Both the position numbers and the translations under genes were made by a program. Shown in pieces: positions 12,161 to 25,443 of a stretch of 64,000 nucleotides of DNA. This stretch comes from Octopus sinensis (lineage: Eukaryota), in NCBI RefSeq assembly GCF_006345805.1, contig NC_042997.1, positions 209,312,001-209,376,000 of the forward strand. The letters run 5' to 3'. The notes under the pieces were generated by a model. That model saw only the letters and a program-made list of their open reading frames with translations. It was not told the origin of the DNA and made no database searches. Positions within the stretch are counted from its first letter, which is position 1. Each line of letters starts with the position of its first letter.

Positions 12161-13150
12161 GTATTTTATCTTGAGGCTTGTTGACAACAAGTCTTCTCAA
12201 ATCTCAAGAATCTTTCTTCGGATTCATGCAAAATCTAAGATGGTACTTTTCTGTAGGTCAATAAATTGAGTTTCAATTCCAATTTCTTTCAGTCTTTCAA
12301 GTAGCATTCTGGGTGTTGTGCCAAGTGCACCAATTACTACAGGAATAATTCTTGCCTTGGCCTTCCACAGTCTCCTCAGCTCTCTGGCTGGATCCTGGTA
12401 TTTCTAATTTTTTTCCCCATTCCTTTGTTGTTGACTCTGCTACCATCAAGAATGGCAAAATCCATTATCTTCTGCTGTTTGTTTCTTTTGTCCTCAATAA
12501 CTATGTCTGGTCTTCTTGTTTCTGTTATTATTTTGGTTTCATTCCAAACCTGAATGAAACCAAAATAATAATAGAAACATTCAGGTTCGGTCTTATTCCT
12601 GATAGGATTTATATGGGTAGCAGGTCGTTACCTGTAGCCTTAGGTATCCACAAGTTTTCAGCAGTCTTTCAAGTGCTTAGAACCCTCCTGATAATCCTTG
12701 CTGTCCCTAAGAGACAAACTTTCTGCTGGAGCTCAACCGGGCATTCTATTCCAATCTCCTTCAGCCATTTGTCTGTATCTTGGCTTACCGTTCCCATTGC
12801 ACCAGTCATTAGAAGCTTCACCTTTACTGTTTTCATACTCCAAATACTTCCCATTTCAAATTTTAAGGGATTTCATTTTCTTGTATTATTATTATCATTA
12901 TTATTATTATTATTATTGCCTTTGCACAGCTTTTAATGCTAGAGATGTACTACAGTGTCAGCTGTTCACTACCAGTCAACTAAGGTAACACCCCTTATTT
13001 TTCGAGCACCTTCTGGAGTATTCGAGTGGTTCCAAGCAGTGCTGTTTTCTGCAAGTGCTCCACCCTTATCGAAGCCCCTATTTGTTCCATGTACTTCTCA
13101 AGATTTTTACTCACTGTTCCCAGGGCTTCAACAATTATTGATACTACTAC
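12150..13150 (-). mobile_element. Three different 3' fragments of RLE-type (R4/Dong-like) retrotransposons
   Basis: About 12190-12345 PVVIGALGTTPRMLLERLKEIG; about 12669-12870 TGAMGTVSQDTDKWLKEIGIECPVELQQKVCLLGTARIIRRVL; about 12990-13150 IIVEALGTVSKNLEKYMEQIG...LQKTALLGTTRIL. All match the C-terminus of the 41521-43521 ORF. Confidence 0.75.
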
Positions 13151-13186
13151 CACCTTTATATATATATATATAATATATATATATAT

Positions 13187-13216
<30 letters not shown>

Positions 13217-13218
<2 letters not shown>

Positions 13219-13694
13219 ATATAAAACTTCGATAAAACTTAGATATGTTTTGACCAAAGCTTTGTCCAGGCCATGTCTAACATAATACCATTACCTGATA
13301 AGATTATCTAAATCCTTTTTAAGTGAAGTTTTGTGGTATTATGGTCCATTCAAGTAGTGAGTTCTTGTTGAGTGAGTTGTAACCAGGTATGGGTGGCTTA
13401 TCCGGTATTCCTTGAAGAAATCTGTCCAGACTCCGTTTAAAGGTGATGGGATCCGTTTCCTCTTCGATCAATTTTAGGACAATATTAAACAGGGCAGGGC
13501 CTGTTGAGGAAAAGAAATTGTGTCGCAGTGTACCTATATGTTGTGATCCTGAATTGGGCAGGGGACATATGGCCTGTGGTCCCAGCCTTGGATGAACCTT
13601 GAAGCTAATGTTCAGGTTGTTTGGGCAATGCTGGTGGTATATTCTCCACATCGTGCAAATAATGTACCATTCGCAGCGGCGCTGGAGAGAGTAG
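13217..13694 (-). mobile_element. CR1/L2-like LINE 3' fragment
   Basis: YSLQRR..WYIICTMWRI...NFFSSTGPALFN...FKRSLDRFLQGIPDKP. A second copy is at 39290-39776. Confidence 0.75.
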
Positions 13695-14115
13695 AATATA
13701 TGTGTCTTCTTTTATTCTATTACTTTTAGCCTTTTAGTTGAACAAATCAGCCCCAGGACTTATTTTTTGTAAGGTTGGTACTTATTCTATCATTCTGTTT
13801 TGTTAGACCACTAAGTTATGGAGACATAAACACACCAACATCGGTTGTCAAGCAAAAGTGGGGTGATACACACAGACACAAAGACACACATATATACACA
13901 CACACACATATTCACACACATATGTAGTCCCACCCATGCTAGCACGGAAGGCAGACATTAAACGATGATGATGATGATGATGATATATACAGATCTGTTT
14001 GACTAAAGCCTTTCAAGCCAGTGCCCCAGCATGGCCTGATACAAATAAATGATAGAAGATAAAAGATGCTTAAGTCAATTAGGATAAGTAATGAGGAATA
14101 TGTGTGTGTGTATAT

Positions 14116-14148
<33 letters not shown>

Positions 14149-14196
14149 CATAAACACACATATATAGATAGATACATACACACACACACACATATA

Positions 14197-14373
14197 CACA
14201 ATAGAGAGCAGTCGCCATATTCCCTTCCATATTGGCTAACTCAGATGAGCTTAAACCAAATGGCTTTGTTGCAAGGAATACAATGGAGTGTTATGTAACA
14301 AACTGATTATATAACCTTACGCTCATCAGAGTTAGCTGATATGGAAGGAAATATGGCGACTGCTCTCTATTGT
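14197..14373. repeat. Inverted repeat (about 53-bp arms) in (TA)/(CA)n, PLE-like remnant
   Basis: ACAATAGAGAGCAGTCGCCATATT...GATGAGC versus GCTCATC...AATATGGCGACTGCTCTCTATTGT. The right arm read on the minus strand ends at CTGATGA. Confidence 0.6.
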
Positions 14374-14687
14374 ATATATATATATATTTGTATTTTACAA
14401 TAACGTATTTAGAGTTATATATTTTCATGTTTTACAAGTGTGAACTGGACAACATTGTATATAAACACATTTGTGACACATTTTCTTGTTGTAAAGTCAA
14501 AATGTACACTAGCAGCAAATAGTTGACAGCAATAAAAGCAGATGTAGATAATGTTATCTGAGTCTGTTTTTAGAAGTTATTCTGTAGAGGCTATGCCAAG
14601 GGCGAAGGTATATCTGCTAGCAAGAGCCAAGTACGGTGAGTAGAGTACAGTGAGACTGCTCACCCATAGCTATGGTTTAGTTTACTG

Positions 14688-14872
14688 AGTAGTAGTAGTA
14701 GTGGTAGTGGTGGTACAAGTGATGGTGGTGGTAGTAGTAGTGGTTGTGGTGGAGGTGGTAGTAGTAGTGGTGGTGGTGATGGTAGTTGTGGTGGTGGTGG
14801 TGGTGGTGGTGGTTGTGGTGGTGGTGGTAGTTGTGGTGGTGGTGGTGGTGGTAGTGGTGGTGGTGGTGGTGG
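14688..14872. repeat. (GTG/GTA)n microsatellite
   Basis: Visible directly. Confidence 0.95.
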
Positions 14873-16275
14873 AGTCAGTCTTAATTCTGCAGATGTAAGA
14901 TATTCTATCTTTTATTCAGACACAGTGTATCTAGGACTACATTATCTAATGTACCCTGCCTTGTTGTTCTTGTTTAGCTGTGACAATTCTTTTATGCAAA
15001 CCTCGTGCATCTTGGTTACGTAACTCAATGTGCTATTTAATCAAGTGACCTTATATCAAAGTCCACTTATTCACATCATCATCATCATCATTGTTTAACA
15101 TCCGCCTTCCATGCTGGAATGGATTGGACAGTCTGTCAGGGGCTGGCCAGGCTGGAGGCTGCACCAGACTTCTGTGTCTGTTTTGGCCTGGCTTTTACGG
15201 CTGGATGCTTTTCCTGACACCAACCAACCAACCAACCAGCCAGCAGAGTGGCCTGAATGCTTTTTACGTGGCACCAATATTTTATTTAATCAGCAGCAGA
15301 GAAGACAACTGCGATGGGAAGGTGAGGTCATTCTAGTTAAAGTCCATTTAACCCTTTCGTTACTGTATTTATTTTGAGATGCTCTGTGTTTCTTTCAGTT
15401 ACTTTAAATATAACAAAGAATTTAGTAAAATAACTAGAGAAAAAGGAGGCGTTGGGAGGAAGGCAGAGGATTGGGGGATGCTATGAATTTATTATAATAT
15501 AGTATTGTATGCAAATTAGATAATATTATATTAAATATCAAATGATTCATAGTATATATAAATTAGTAAAATATAAAATGTATTTATACATAAAACTAGG
15601 GGTGGGGGCACTGAGGGTATTATGTGGCCATGATGGGGCCGGTGGCCCAAAAAGTTTGAGAACCTTTGGATTAGCTCTATCAACTGTCAATTTGTTTGCT
15701 AGTTCAATGAAATTTTATGGACCCCATAAGACTAACAAGGTTTGTTTTTTGTCATCTGTGACTATAATTTCATAATATAGGTTCTCCAAGAGATGATTCA
15801 AGCTCCTTTAAAAATTTTGACACCCTCCCCTGCCCCGCCAATAAGACACCTTTCCTCTTGTTACATCCACACAATTAAAATGTCATCTGATCATTATTAT
15901 CATTTTTTATGGTTTAAATCTTTAGTATTTAACCTGACCATGCCTGGTGCAAATATTCTGCTTGTTTTATGTTTAGATTAATCAGATCCAACACCTCCTA
16001 CCTACCCTACAATGTCATACTAAAAATATACAAACACACCATTGAAATCTTGAAGCTACAAAATAATTCAAAACGATGTGAATAAATAAGTGTTACATTT
16101 GACAAAGAAATCCAAATGCTAAAGTTTTAATTTCAAGAGGAAAGACTTCACTTGTGACCTTCATCAGGGATGTGAGACTGGAAGGGTGAAATAAAGCAAG
16201 ATTTTGATGTCATCAGATCCAGTCAAATGCTTGGAAATATCTCCAAGTTTAACATCACTTGCTGTTGGATACCTT

Positions 16276-16548
16276 GAATAGAGTCGGTCTGCCTTGAGCC
16301 TAAAGACTCATAAGGCTTGAGCTTAATGTTGCTTGGTGTTGGTTGCATTGAACAGAGTCGGTCTGCCTTGAGCCTAAAGACTCATAAGGCTTGAGCTTAA
16401 TGTTGCTTGGTGTTGGTTGCATTGAACAGAGTCGGTCTGCCTTGAGCCTAAAGACTCATAAGGCTTGAGCTTAATGTTGCTTGGTGTTGGTTGCATTGAA
16501 CAGAGTCGGTATGTCTTTATCTCAAGAACTCATAAGACTTGAGCTTAA
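16276..16548 (+). repeat. 74-bp tandem repeat, about 3.7 units
   Basis: Units start at 16276, 16350, 16424 and 16498 (GAA.AGAGTCGGT...). Confidence 0.9.
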
Positions 16549-16584
16549 ACTAATTTCCATGGCATAAAAGTGTCTGAAATCATA

Positions 16585-17008
16585 ACACTCTTCAACACCA
16601 GTTGAACCAATTCTACTATATGGCTCAGAAACCTGGACATTATCAAAGAAGCTTGAGGAGCAGTTGGATGGAACCTACACTCGCCTCCTTATGAGAGCTC
16701 AAAATCTCTCGTAGAAGCGTCATCCAACCAAAATGCAAATATATGGGAAATTACCACCTGTGTCATCTCTTGTGAAAGGTAGAAGAGTCCAGTTTGCTGG
16801 ACATTGTTGTAGAGCTGAAAAAGAAGTAATTTCTACTCTTCTCCTCTGGAAGCCATCTGCTCACGATACAAGAGGGCACACACTCTCCTACCCTGATGTA
16901 ATCTCCAGGGATACAGGCATCCAGCAATAGGACCTCCGTAATGCCATGATCGACCGTGAAGTCTGGCATAACAGTAAATTCCATTGTCTCGACCACGGTC
17001 GAACAATG
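16585..17008 (+). mobile_element. RTE-clade LINE 3' fragment
   Basis: VEPILLYGSETWTLSKKLEEQLDGTYTRLLMRAQN...GRRVQFAGHCCR...AMIDREVW, with internal stops. The same 3' end recurs at 20306-20375 followed by (GAT)n. Confidence 0.8.
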
Positions 17009-19629
17009 AATGGGACACTGACCCATCCCATGGTTTACTTCCCATCTATCGCTGGAACTCGTTTATAGCTGAGTGAAATTGAGCAGAGTGAAAGAAAGTG
17101 TTTCAGTCATGAACATAACACACCACTCTGTCTGGGAATTGAAACCTCTGTCACTTGGCAGTGGCTGGTTGAGTTGATGAATGAAAATATGTTTCTTGGG
17201 CTGCTGCAAGAGGTAAATGAACAACATCTACAAACATTTAACAGGTTTTATTATCGTACATAAAGACAGGGACTACTTTGGTCTTTTACAGAAAAGAATA
17301 TCAATGATTAGAGACTGGGAGAAAGAGACTGCTTGGAGTTCAGGGCAATCTGTGGCTTGCCTGATGCAACGGGAAGTAATTGTGCCATATTTGTTGCAGT
17401 GGAGGTCCTTGGTCATCTGTCTGAGCCATTTGTATGAGTCGTTCTGGTGTGGCAAGAATGGAGACACATATTGCTCGGCTGTCTCAACATTGATTACTGC
17501 CAAAAGTGGCCTTTTATAGGACACAAGAAGATTCTAGAAGATTGAATCATGATGGTTTGATGCTGATTGGATGCTTAATTGACCAATCACGTGAAATGGT
17601 TGTTATGTCTGATTGGTTATCCAGGGATTCAGTTTTCAATCCCTCCTAGATCATGATCTTATAAACTATCATTGAATCACACCAACTGCTAGATCACATG
17701 CCTTTACCAGCAGAGTAAAGTTTGCTAAACTCACCCAAGCCCAAGTTATGTTAAATCATGAAACAGATTAAGTTCTCCCCTTGATGTTCTCATCTGAAAG
17801 ATCCTCCTCCTTTTTTTATTTATTTCTATTTGTGACACACAAAATGTTTGAAATCTGAACTTCCCTACATGGCTGTCTAGTATAAAAAAAAAGAAGAAAC
17901 GAAATATTTCTGCACCCAAAAATTCTTCATTGAAAGATTTAATCAATGTTGATGTTTCACTGCGGGGCAATATTGACACTGCAAATCACAATGTCTTTTC
18001 ACATATCAAAGAATATTTTCATGTTTCCCCCAAAGAGATTTAAAGATAACAGTTTACTTTATTTGATCTTTTCTGAGTTAAAGACCAACAGTAACAACAT
18101 CAAACAGTTACTAGTTTGCATGGATTAAATGGGAGATCACGACTGCATGTTAAGAAAAGGTTTACACTGGTTTAAGCTGGTTTGTTTGGGTTGTGGTATT
18201 AACAGAGACATACATTTAGACTGGGAAGATGTATTTAGTTGATCTGTTGTTGTTAAACCCCAGGTTTGTTCTGATAGAGTAGATACATAATGAAAGATAT
18301 TCTGACTGGGGACATAATTTTGTTAATCTAGGACTATGTTATCAAATGGGATCGTTTTGAAAGATGGTAGAGTATGATTTTTAAAGAGATTTGACTGCTG
18401 TTTCTAGCAGATTAGGTGACCACATACAGGTTTTATTCCTTGGCCTGACATAAATAGCCAAGTGTACATGGTGGATTGGCGGATAGGATTGGATGGAATG
18501 GTCTGTAAGATGATTGGCAATATTCTTAACTGAAGTTCTGAAATCTTGCGGTGGGGACTTGAAACCAAATCTCTGGATGCCTGGTCAGACATAACAAGCT
18601 AACCACCATAGTTTCATGCAATTGGTCTATTAACCAACCAATCATCATGCAGCAATAGCATGGACAAGTTTTCTCAAACATTTTAGAATTTGACTTCCAG
18701 TCCCCTATAAAAACCGTTTTATGTGCATTTTACCATTCAGACAACCCAGGAGGCAGCTAAGACAGATGGCACACACAGATGATAGGAAACTTCATTGCTA
18801 TAAATATATATTTCTTTACTGCCCACAGAAGGGACAAATAAGGACAGACAAAGGGATGAAGTCGATTACATCGACCCCAGTGCGAAACTGGTACTTTATT
18901 TATCGATCCCAAAAGGATGAAAGGCAAAGTTGACCTCGGCGGAATTTGACCTCAGAACGTAACGACAGATGAAATACTGCTAAGCATTTTGCCCGGTGCG
19001 CTAACGTGTCTGCCAGCTTGCCGCCCTAATTGCCATAAATATAGCACAATTGTATCCAGTTACATTGAGCAAGCTGCAGATTGCCGTATCGGAAGCTCGA
19101 CCTGGGAGAAAAATGCTTCTTGGAATTCCAGTCTGTAATCATTGCTGTTAAAGATCAAAGCAATTTGTCTTTATGGGCGATAACAAAACCTTCTGTTAAA
19201 TGCTTGCAGGGGTTCTTCACTTGCTTCTTCATGTGGCCCAAGAAACATATTTGAATTCATCAACTCATCTGAGCGAAATCATAGTCGTGGCAACCATGCT
19301 GGTGGCACGTAAAAAGCACCCACCACACTCTCGGAGTGGTTAGTGTTAGGAAGGGCATCCAGCTGCAGAAACCTTGCCAGATCAGATTGGAGCCTGGTGA
19401 AGCCTCTGGCTCACCAGTCCTCAGTCAAACCGTCAAACCCATGACAGCATGGAAGATGTTAAACAACGATGATGAACCAGTCACCACAACATACAAGCTC
19501 AACAATCTTCAGACAATGACAATCTGTTATCAGTAGATATCACCCTAATGTAAATACAATATTTCTCAATGGTTCCCTTATAAGGGAATTTAGTATTGAT
19601 TCTGTGAACCTTTATTAGGGTGACTTTCA

Positions 19630-19701
19630 GGAGAGTGGAACCAGAGAGTGGAACAGGAGTGTGGAACAGGAGAGTGGAACAGGAGAGTGGAACAGGAGAG
19701 T
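19630..19701 (+). repeat. 13-bp minisatellite (GGAGAGTGGAACA), about 5 units
   Basis: Visible directly, abutting a SINE B half copy at 19705-19863. Confidence 0.85.
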
Positions 19702-20277
19702 AGATGGCTTCTTTCAGTTTCTGTCTACCAAATCCACTCACATTGCTTTGATCAGCTTGAGGCTATAGTAGAAGACACTTGCCCAAGGTGCCACGCAGTG
19801 GGACTGAACACGGGACCATGTGGTTGGGAAGCAAGCTTCTTACCACACAGCCACTCCTGCACCTGTTCACAATAACCCAGTGATTGTGACGATGACAGCA
19901 ACAACAATAAAAATCTATGATAATAACAAAAACAAAGACACCAACAACAACACCAATGATGACAACAACAATATGGCATCATCTTCAGTGATAGTAACAA
20001 AGCAATAGAATTAATGGTAATAACAACAACAGCAACAACAACAACTGCAGCAGCAGCAGCAGCAGCTGGGATGGGGCAATTTATCCCTGATATCAATAAA
20101 TGGTCAATTAGGAAGGTGGGTGCTAACATATTTAGGTAAGAAGCTTGCTTACCAACCATATGGTTCTGGGTTCAGTCCCACTGCGTGGCACCTTGGGCAA
20201 GTGTCTTCTACTATAGCCTCGGGCCGACCAAAGACTTGTGAGTGGATTTGGTTGATGGAAATTGAAAGAAGCCCGTC

Positions 20278-20308
<31 letters not shown>

Positions 20309-20593
20309 AAGTCTGGCGCAACATGGTAAATTCCATTGTCTCGACCACGGTCGAACAATGATGATGATGATGATGTGTGTGTGTGTTTCTTTGTGTCTGT
20401 GTTTGTTTGGTGTGTTTGCATCCCTGTAACCTAGCAGCTAAGCAAAGGAGACTGATAGAATAAGTACCAGGCTTTAAGAAAAACTAAGTACAAGAGTTGA
20501 TTCGTTTGACTAAAAGGTTCTTCAAGGAAGTGCCCCAGCATGGCCATAGTCTAATGACTGAAACATACTGAAGAAGTTTTACCTATTTTTTTT

Positions 20594-20912
20594 TATTACC
20601 TCCACCTTAGCGAAGGCGGAGGTATTGTTTTCAGTCGCATTTGTTTGTTTGTCCGTGGACAAGATATCCCAAGAACCGCTGAATGGATCCGGATGAAACT
20701 TTCAGGGATGTTTGGCCCCGTGACTGGCATGAACTGATTAGGTTTATTACTGGATTATTTTTCCGTTTTTTTTACTTAATTTTTGAGAGCAGTCGGGTTC
20801 ATTTTTAGTATTTGCATTTGTGAGATTTTTTTAAAATCATCTCCGGCTAATCGTTGAGAGGACATTGGTGTTGCCTTGGCGGAGGTTTTGCTCTCTCTGA
20901 GTTCTCTTGTTA
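20594..20912 (+). mobile_element. Helentron-associated non-autonomous element (HINE/DINE-1-like)
   Basis: 5' TTATTACCTCC.CC..AGCGAAGGCGGAGG hairpin, GTTT/GTCC microsatellite, 3' subterminal GGCGGAGGT then CTCTCTGAGT..TCTTGTT, inserted in T-rich sequence. A partial inverted copy is at 35331-35580. Confidence 0.65.
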
Positions 20913-21446
20913 TTATTGATTTTTTGCATCATTTATTTGAAGTGAACTTTTCTTTTATTCTCTAACATCTATCAAAAAAAAAAGACAACAGAAAAGAGAG
21001 AGAGAGAGAGGCAGATAGATATGTGAACAGATAGACAAACAGACAGAAGATACAGATACGGATGCACAGGCACACATACACACAAATGGACACACAGACA
21101 GACATAGGCAGCCGGGGCAGACTGAGAGACAAGACACAAACCCAGACTTGGTTACAGCTGATTGATGACAGATGACTAATGACAGACAATATATCATTAA
21201 ACCCTGCCCCCCAATCTACCAAACTACCCCATGGTTTCGTAAATTTATATGTAAAGTTCATAATTATTCAACCAATCATTCTCCTTTTTCCACAAAATTC
21301 TGACATTTTATTGTTTGTTTTGTATTTGTTTGTTCAGAATCTTTGTTTATTATTTATTTTTCTTCATTTTTCCCTGTATTTTGTTCTCATTCTTTCTCAA
21401 CTGTTTCAATGCCATTTCAATTTTCAGTCACATGTTGTTGTTGATG

Positions 21447-21870
21447 TTCTTCTTCTTCTTCTTCTTTTCTTCTTCTCTTCTTCTTCTTCTTTTCTTCTTC
21501 TTCCAATTCTTCTTCTTCCAATTCTTCTTCTTCTTCTTCCAATTCTTCTTCTTCTTCTTCTTCTTCTTCTTCTTCTTCTTCTTCTTCTTCTTCTTCTTCT
21601 TCTTCCAATCTTCTTCTTCTTCTTCCAATTCTTCTTCTTCTTCTTCTTCTTCCAATTCTTTTTCTTCTTCTTCCAATTCTTCTTCTTCTTCTTCTTCTTC
21701 TTCCAATTCTTCTTCTTCTTCCAATTCTTTTTCTTCTTCTTCTTCTTCTTCTTCTTCTTCTTCTTCTTCTTCCAATTCTTCTTCTTCTTCTTCTTCTTCT
21801 TCTTCTTCCAATTCTTTTTCTTCTTCTTCCATTTCTTCTTCTTCTTCTCATCCTCTTCCTCCTCCTTCTT
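21447..21870. repeat. (TTC)n array with periodic CAA interruptions
   Basis: Visible directly. Confidence 0.95.
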
Positions 21871-22944
21871 TACACAGAGAGACATATATGGCAATTTATT
21901 CCCCTACCCCCGCCTCTCACCTACTTCATACATCATTCACAGACGGATGCCACTCAATGATAAATCTCTCTTCATCCAAACCAAAAAAGAATCTGACAGT
22001 TGAATCAATCCCGTAACTGATTGATGAATTGATCAGCTTCAAGAATTGGCTAAAGAGCTCAGAGACTGACAGTTGGGAGAAACATTGCCAAGACTTTTGC
22101 TTTCACCAAAGAATAAGAAAGAAGCACCAGTGAAGACCGATATTTTTTTTTAATGTATCCATGTTTTTTTGTTTTCTTTTCTTTCTGATTAATTCAAAAT
22201 ATTTTACCCAACTTGTGTGCACTGTAAATAAAATGGTTATATATTGGCAGATGATGCCATTCTTTGTCTGGCACATGGCAACAACATAGAGAAAGCATTT
22301 TAGGTTTTGGCAGAAGGAGGGAGTGGTTTTTGCTTAATTCTCTGTCTCTTTTAAAGCAGAAGAAAAGTGTTACATGTTGCCTGAAGAAGATAGCAATTAA
22401 GCAAAACTTCATTTCATTAGAAATTGCATCTTACCGAGGCAATGACCGAGACCTTTGGCATTATGTCGTGCTTGAGAAGAAGACCCATCAAGCCGAGCAA
22501 AATTGCAGTCGTGGCAGATACTGGTGTCACACAAATTGGCACCCATGCCTGTGGCACGTAAATGCACCCAGGTATCACACAAATGGTACCTCTGCCAGTG
22601 GCATGTAAAAGCACCCATTACATACTCGGAGTGGTTGGCATTAGGAAGGGCATCCAGCTGTAGAAAACCATGCCAAACCAGAATTTGGTGGAAGAAGAAA
22701 GAAGCATCAGTGAAGACTGGTGGGTTTTTATAATATATCCATGTTGCTTTTTGTTTTTCTTTTTTCTGATTGATTCAAATATTTTACCCAACTTGTGTGC
22801 ACTGTAAATAAAATGGTTATATATTGGCAGATGACGCCATTCTTTGTCTGGCACATGGAGTCTGGGGCAGCCTTCCAGCATGCCAGCCCAAGCAAACCAT
22901 CCAACCCATGCCAGCATGGACAACGGACGTTAAATGATGATGAT

Positions 22945-22994
<50 letters not shown>

Positions 22995-23015
22995 GGAATT
23001 TACCCTACAAGGAAA

Positions 23016-23765
23016 TATTGTGTTGGGTCAAAAGCTTTGCAATATTTTAGTAACCTGTTTGCTTTATCTGTCAAGTTACAGCAAAAGCAGCAGAGCATTC
23101 GAAGTAGAGGCCACCATGCTGGATTGTCTGAAGCCACTTTTCTGCCTGGTTTTTGCTCCCATGTTGATGCCAGTTCTTGTTCTTCAAAGTGAAGAATTCC
23201 TTCATTGAAGCTTCCATCTCCTCTCGGTTGATGAAGCATTGTTGAGCACAGGAAGTGAGCCATGGACCGGAACCAGTGATAATTCAAGCGAGCAAGGTCC
23301 TGTCTATATGCTGGGTGTGGCATCAGTTCCATTTCTTTGAATTTATTCTGGGTTGTTCAAGCAGTATGGGGCCTTGAATTATCTTGCTGCAGAAGAGCTC
23401 AAGTTCTGTAAACCAATGCTGGGTACTTTTGCCACACAATGGCATACATCCATTCCAGCTGTTTGGGGTACAGGTTGGCATCGATGGTTTGACCATCCGG
23501 AATGAACTCCGAGTGAATTATCCTCTCATAATTCCACCAGTTGCAGAGCATCACCCTGTGTTTGGTGACAGATTCTGGAAGCTGGCCCTTATTTAACCAT
23601 TGCTTATGCATATTAGGATTCCAGAAAAATACCTGTTTCAAATGTGGCTTCAGACAATCCAACATGATGGCCTCCACTTTGAATGCTAGGCTGCTTTTGT
23701 TGTAACTTGACAAATAAAGCAAATACATTACCAAAATATAGCAGAAGTTTTGACTCAACACAATA
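23016..23765 (-). mobile_element. Internally deleted mariner (Tc1/mariner) transposon with about 125-bp TIRs
   Basis: TA-TTGTGTTGGGTCAAAA ... TTTTGACTCAACACAA-TA. Transposase remnants VMLCNWWNYERII, GQTIDANLY, QDNSRPHTA and PHPAYRQDLARLNYHWFRSM (degenerate YSPDLAPSDYHLF). Confidence 0.85.
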
Positions 23766-23795
23766 TCAATCAAAAACCTCACCACAAACTGCCAC

Positions 23796-24139
23796 GGGCA
23801 TATGGCATAGTGGTTAAAAGTGCAGGCTACTAACCTCAAAATTCCAAGATCGATTCCAGACAGCGACCTGAATAATAATAATGATAATAATAATAATAAT
23901 AATAATAATAAGAAGAAGAAGAAGAAGAAGAAGAACAGCAGCAACAACAACATTGGAAAAATACCTAAGGAATGAGAACTCAGGTTCAAAATTCCTCCAG
24001 GACACCTGATGAAGGCTGGAGAGTACATCAACCAAAACATTGTGTCAACAACAAACAAGAAGATGAGGACAAATATCTGTCAAATGCAAATAATGTAAAT
24101 AATGTACATAATTCCTCATCTCTTAAATATAGAACTGTA
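23796..24139 (+). mobile_element. tRNA-headed, hammerhead-bearing SINE-like element (family G), copy 1
   Basis: A box TGGCATAGTGG, degenerate B box AGATCGATTCC, (AAT)/(AAG)/(AAC) linker, then a degenerate HHR at 24001-24046 and an AT-rich tail. Confidence 0.8.
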
Positions 24140-24764
24140 TCAAATTACAAATAACAGTTTCTGTGAGTTTTTGAATGGCTAACATGAGTCCTCTGTGCTG
24201 CAGCTGTTTTAGCTTCAACCAACAGCCTCCAATCAAATCCCTTGCTCAGCAAGTCCACCTCCAAAGCTTTTCTCTTTGATTTTCTTGAAAACAAGTTTTG
24301 TCTCAATTTGTCATCAATTTATTGGACATTTTGAAACTAACCTTTTCGGTACTTGGAATAATTCTTATTTCTTTATTGCCCACAAGGGGCTAAAAACAGA
24401 GAGGACAAACAAGGACAGACAAAGGGATTAAGTCGATTACATCGATCCCAGTGCATAACTGGTACTTAATTTATTGACCCCGAAAGGATGAAAGGCAAAG
24501 TAGACCTCGGTGGAATTTGAACTCAGAACGTAACGGCAGACAAAATACCTATTTCTTTACTACCCACAAGGGGCTAAACACAGAGAGGACGAACAAGGAC
24601 AGAGATGGATTAAGTCGATTATATCAACCCTAGTGCTTAACTGGTACTTATTTAATCGACCCCTAAAGGATGAAAGGCAAAGTCAACCTCGGCAGAATTT
24701 GAACTCAGAACATAGCGGCAGACAAAATATCTATCTATCTATATATTGGTAAAAACGGTAAGAT

Positions 24765-25115
24765 AACAAAAGAAAGAAAGAGACCTCAATATTATGTAAA
24801 TAGAGGAAATTTATCCATAAAATAATATGTTACATTTACTCAATAGTCAAGATAAAACTCTGAGTTTCAGATGCCGAAGTGGAAAAATGCGAGTGAAGAT
24901 CTGTACGTTTTCATAGTGACGTATAAGTACGCACGTGGGTTCGCGAGCAGAATTATAACACAGTAATTTCCCTTTATATCAAGGTATTTTTTCATAGCGA
25001 TTTTTCAGATGGCCAGATAACCGAAGAGATGGTGTTGTGGATTTCCACTTCGGCATCTAAAACTCAGAGTTTTATCTTGACTATTGAGTAATTGTAACAT
25101 ATTATTTTATAGATA
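24765..25115. mobile_element. PLE-like terminal repeat with inverted partial duplication
   Basis: 24810-24895 is the reverse complement of 25043-25115. Flanked by (TA)/(TAGA)n. Confidence 0.65.
25015..25077 (+). ncRNA. Hammerhead ribozyme motif (degenerate)
   Basis: agataa-CCGAAGA-gatg...catc-t-AAAA-ctcagag-TT-ttatct. The inverted copy at about 24860 retains GAAA. Confidence 0.55.
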
Positions 25116-25140
25116 TCTATCTATATAGATAGATAGATAT

Positions 25141-25172
<32 letters not shown>

Positions 25173-25394
25173 GCACAAGAGTGGTTGTGTGGTAAGTAGC
25201 TTGCTTACCAGCCACATGGTTCTGGGTTTAATCCCATTGAGTGGCACCTTGGGCAAGTGTCTTCTACTATAGTCTCAGGCCGACCAAAGCCTTGTGAGTG
25301 GATTTGGTAAACAGAAACTGAAAGAAGCCCATCGTATATATGTATATGTATGTATGTATATGTATGTATGTATATGTATGTATGTTAATGTATG

Positions 25395-25443
<49 letters not shown>

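Noticed and set aside
16130-16178. CTGATGA on the minus strand with a downstream GAAA
   Set aside because: No convincing stem I or stem II pairing, so probably a chance match.
16276-16548. CRISPR-like appearance of regularly spaced repeats
   Set aside because: Whole 74-bp units repeat with no unique spacers, there are no cas genes, and the context is eukaryotic.
21179-22016. Poly-Glu/Lys/Arg/Phe/Ser ORFs
   Set aside because: Translations of the (TTC)n array, with no flanking coding signal.
23796-23870. Functional tRNA genes at SINE heads (also 33538, 36162, 37679)
   Set aside because: Acceptor stems are not properly formed and each head is fused to a repeat body, so they are treated as SINE heads.
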